Below are positions 60,782 to 64,000 of a stretch of DNA of 64,000 bases, piece by piece. The stretch's first letter is position 1. Each line of letters starts with the position of its first letter. The position numbers and the translations under genes are program-made. The notes under the pieces were generated by a model. It had not been told where the DNA came from, searched no databases, and worked only from the letters and a program-made list of their open reading frames with translations. Source of the stretch: Octopus vulgaris. Lineage: Eukaryota. Location of the stretch: NCBI GenBank assembly GCA_951406725.2, contig OX597841.1, positions 22,320,001 through 22,384,000 on the forward strand, read 5' to 3'.

Positions 60782-61884
60782 TACGACGGGCTTCTTTCAG
60801 TTTCCGTCTACCAAATTCCACTCACAAGGCTTTGTTCGGCCCGAGGCTATAGTAGAAAAACTTGCCCAAGGTGCCACGCAGTGGGACTGAACCCGGAACC
60901 ATGTGGTTGGTAAGCAAGCTACTTACCATAGAGCCACTCCTGCGCCTATATGTATGTGTCATATACATATATACGACGGGCTTCTTTCAGTTTCCGTCTA
61001 CCAAATCCACTCTCAAGGCTTTGGTCGGCCCGAGGCTATAGTAGAAGAAACTTGCCCAAGGTGCCACGCAGTGGGACTGAACCCGGAACCATGTGGTTGG
61101 TAGACAAGCTACTTACCACACAGCCACTCCTGTTATTTTCCACCCACAAAAATAAAGAAATAATTTTTTTTTTACATAATCCTTTCTACTAAAGGCTTCT
61201 TCTTCTTCTCACCCTTTTCAAGCCTAGCCAGGCTCATGGGCCCTGTTTCCCGGTTTTTGTGGTGTATGTGTTCCCCCCAGCTGGACGGGACGCCAGTCCA
61301 TCGTAGCGTTACTCATGAAACAGGAAGAAAGAGTGTGAGGAAGTTGGGGCGAAAGAGCACAACAGGGGGTCGCCACCCCCCCCCCTGCCGGAGCCTTGTG
61401 AAGATTTATGTGTCTTCGCTCAATAAACACACACAACGCCCCCGGTCTGGGAATCGAAACCGCGATCCTTCGACCGCGAGTCCGCTGCTCTAACCACTGG
61501 GCCATTGCGCCTCCACTTCAACTAAAGGCGCAAGGCCTGAAATTTAGGGGGGAAGGGCGTAGTCAATTACATCTCCCCCTTCCCCCAGTGTTTCACTGGT
61601 ACTTAATTTATCGATCCCGAAATGATGAAAGGCAAAGTCGACGTCGGTGACGAGTCTCTTTCACAATGCTAAGCATTCAATTTTACTCCCCATATAAATT
61701 CTACAATATAAGTACAGTACCGACTTTTCGGATCCTGGTGGTCCGAAACCTCTTATAATCCGCACTAATTTATCAGCATCAACTTCAAATTTCAGCAGCC
61801 GTATCTATGGTAACAGCTGAGTTGCATGAACACACCTTCGAGTCAAAACCAAAGATTGCCATCAACACCATATGAACGTATTTA

Positions 61885-62395
61885 AAAAGACTTTCTCTCC
61901 CGTCCCATTTCATCCCAATTTTATTTATTTAAAAAAATTTTTTGGCAAAAACCCCCGTTTTTGGATACAGAGGTTCCAGAAAATTGCCAAAAATCAGCAT
62001 TATGAAATTTTGACCCCTTCCCCTTTACTCCCCAATTTCATCATTTCTGACTTTGTTCCCTAACCCTAACCCAAAAACCCTAACCCCAAAACCCTCCCTA
62101 ACGCTAACCCTAAAACCATAACTCTAACCCCCAAACTCTAACACTAACCGTAACCATAACTACAAAAATTTTTGCAATTTTTTTTGAGGATCATTATCTC
62201 CGTATTTTTTCGCATGTTTTGAAAAAAAAAATTCTGAAAAAAAGTTATTTAGGGGTGAGGGAGGGGTAATTTCAAAATCCCGATTTTTGCCTTTTTTTTT
62301 TTGCAGATTCATGTATTCCGTTGTCGAAAACGGGGGTTTGTGTAGAATAAAAAAAGATTTTTAAAGCGGGGGGTCGGGGTATAAAAGGAAGTCCT
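61885..62395. mobile_element. Decayed fold-back/MITE-like element with central degenerate telomeric repeats (62058-62160)
   Basis: (CCCTAA)-like array flanked by imperfect inverted blocks, e.g. AAACCCCCGTTTT / AAAACGGGGGTTT. Confidence 0.5.
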
Positions 62396-62794
62396 GCCAT
62401 ACCAGTTAACTACCAGGGTCCAGGTAATACTTAACGGTATTTCGGCTGCCGTTACTTTCTGGGTTCAAATTCTGCTGAGGTCGACTTTGCCTTTCATCCT
62501 TCCGGGGTCGATAAATTAAGTACCAGTTACGCACTGAGGTCGATGTAATCGACTTAATACCTATGTCTGTCCTTGTTTGTCCCCTCTATGTTTAGCCCCT
62601 TGTGGGTAGTAAAGAAATAGGTATTTCGTCTGCCGTTACGTTCCGAGTTCAAATTCCGCCGAGGTCGACTTTGCTTTTCATCCTTTCGGGGTCGATAAAT
62701 TGTGGGTAATAAAGAAATAGGTAATCGACATACGTACCACCCCTCCCCCGAAATTGCTAACCCCGGGCCAAAATTTAAAACAAGGATTTAATAC

Positions 62795-62966
62795 GAGACA
62801 CATGCGCACTAAACGTTCTTCCGCCTCCATTCATTACATCAGGACGAACATGTCTGGTGCCAGAATTTCTCTCAATTCACTCCCAAACACATTTATAATA
62901 CATTTCTCAACCACCTGAAGCACTTCTAACAACAACACCATCCTTTATAAAGACATTTCCGTAAGT
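62795..62966 (+). promoter_or_regulatory. Putative promoter and exon 1 of a ninth ZNF gene lying beyond the right edge
   Basis: Reverse-orientation copy of the exon-1 module: CATGCGCA at ~62801, donor GTAAGT at 62961, then intron sequence homologous to 58780-59130. Confidence 0.55.
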
Positions 62967-63148
62967 ATTAAACAATGAAAACATTTAATCTTTCGATACT
63001 TTGTGAATCAGATTTTGTTCCACATTTGGCTGCTATTTCTAGCTATGGCGGCAACCTCCTACACGCTCCATCGTTTCTTCTTTAAGTTTGTTTGTTGTGT
63101 GTTTTAGTTGGAGAAATGTTCTTAAAATAAACTCCAACTACAGAAATG

Positions 63149-63820
63149 GGTACTACTAGCGAACAGTGGTCCCTGTTGTCGCATCCGAGCTAGCTAGTCG
63201 TGACTAGTCGATCCTACAACGACCACCTAGCAAAGTGAATAAAACACAAAATATATAATTTTTTGGCAATCTTTCGTCTCTAGTAGACCTTTCCGTCGAT
63301 TTCCGTAAAAACCTTTTATTATTTTACATATGGGCTTGCGGGAACTTTTGAAGTAATGAGAGCGAAAGAGACTAAGAGAAAGCGATTGTATGACGAGGGA
63401 AGTTCTTTTGAAGTTACCGTGCATGGCAAGCATTGATGTACATGTGTGTGTGTGTGTGTGTTTGATGGGGTGTGGGAGACAGACAGTATGTTGTGTAAGT
63501 GAAGTGCTTCTGTTAGTGTGTGTGAAGAGACAGAGTAATGTGTGAAAGAGAGAGATGACTGAAATTTTTTACTCGGTGTATGTGTATATGTATGTATATT
63601 ACTTCAAAAGTTCCCGCAAGCCCATATGTAAAAAGAAAAAAAATTTTTTACGGAAATCGACGGAAAGGTCTACTAGAGACGAAAGATCGCCAATTTTTTT
63701 TTACACAAAGTAACTAATTTTTGTTAAACAAAGTAAATGACACAAAAACACAAAGGATCGACTAGTCATGACTAGCTGGCGCGTGTGCGCGCACCGGGAC
63801 CACTGTTCGCTAATAGTACC
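63149..63820. mobile_element. Merlin-like MITE with 8-bp TSD
   Basis: TIRs GGTACTACTAGCGAACAGTGGTCCC / GGGACCACTGTTCGCTAATAGTACC; TSD CAGAAATG at 63141-63148 and 63821-63828; empty paralogous site at ~58938-58945. Confidence 0.85.
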
Positions 63821-64000
63821 CAGAAATGTTAAGAAGCCAATGCTTTATTATAATTTGTCGAGTGTTTGTTTCTTGATATAAGGTAAGGGACATAATTAGT
63901 AAGCGGGGCAAAATGAGTAATTCCTCATTTCTTCCTACACGCTCCATCGTTTCCACGTTCGTTTGTTGTGTTTTAGTTGGAGGAATATTCCCAAATAATC

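Overview
Eukaryotic, AT-rich, repeat-dense DNA, most likely from an octopus or other coleoid cephalopod. This is inferred from the tandem C2H2 zinc-finger expansion and the tRNA-derived SINE/RTE repeat set. The window is a tandem array of ~6-10 kb units. Each unit has a putative NRF-1-motif promoter, a non-coding exon 1, a TE-filled intron and one exon encoding a poly-C2H2 zinc-finger protein (17-27 finger units, ~20-aa leader, no recognisable KRAB/SCAN/BTB/ZAD domain). Eight ZNF CDSs are present: six complete, one cut by the window edge, one truncated by a deletion. A ninth promoter points out of the window. The array's rearrangement history can be read directly: (i) an inverted unit inserted by two microhomology template switches, creating a ~1.45 kb-arm palindrome and later mosaicised with another copy; (ii) in-frame gains and losses of whole fingers; (iii) a deletion leaving the largest gene without its own first exon, so it may borrow its neighbour's; (iv) 1/2/3-copy MITE recombination products. 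It also carries CR1-like and RTE LINE fragments (the RTE has a PHD-like finger inside its RT), Merlin-like and piggyBac-like MITEs, a probable Helitron remnant and three SINE families. Splice sites, promoters and TE family assignments come from motifs only; no database search was run.
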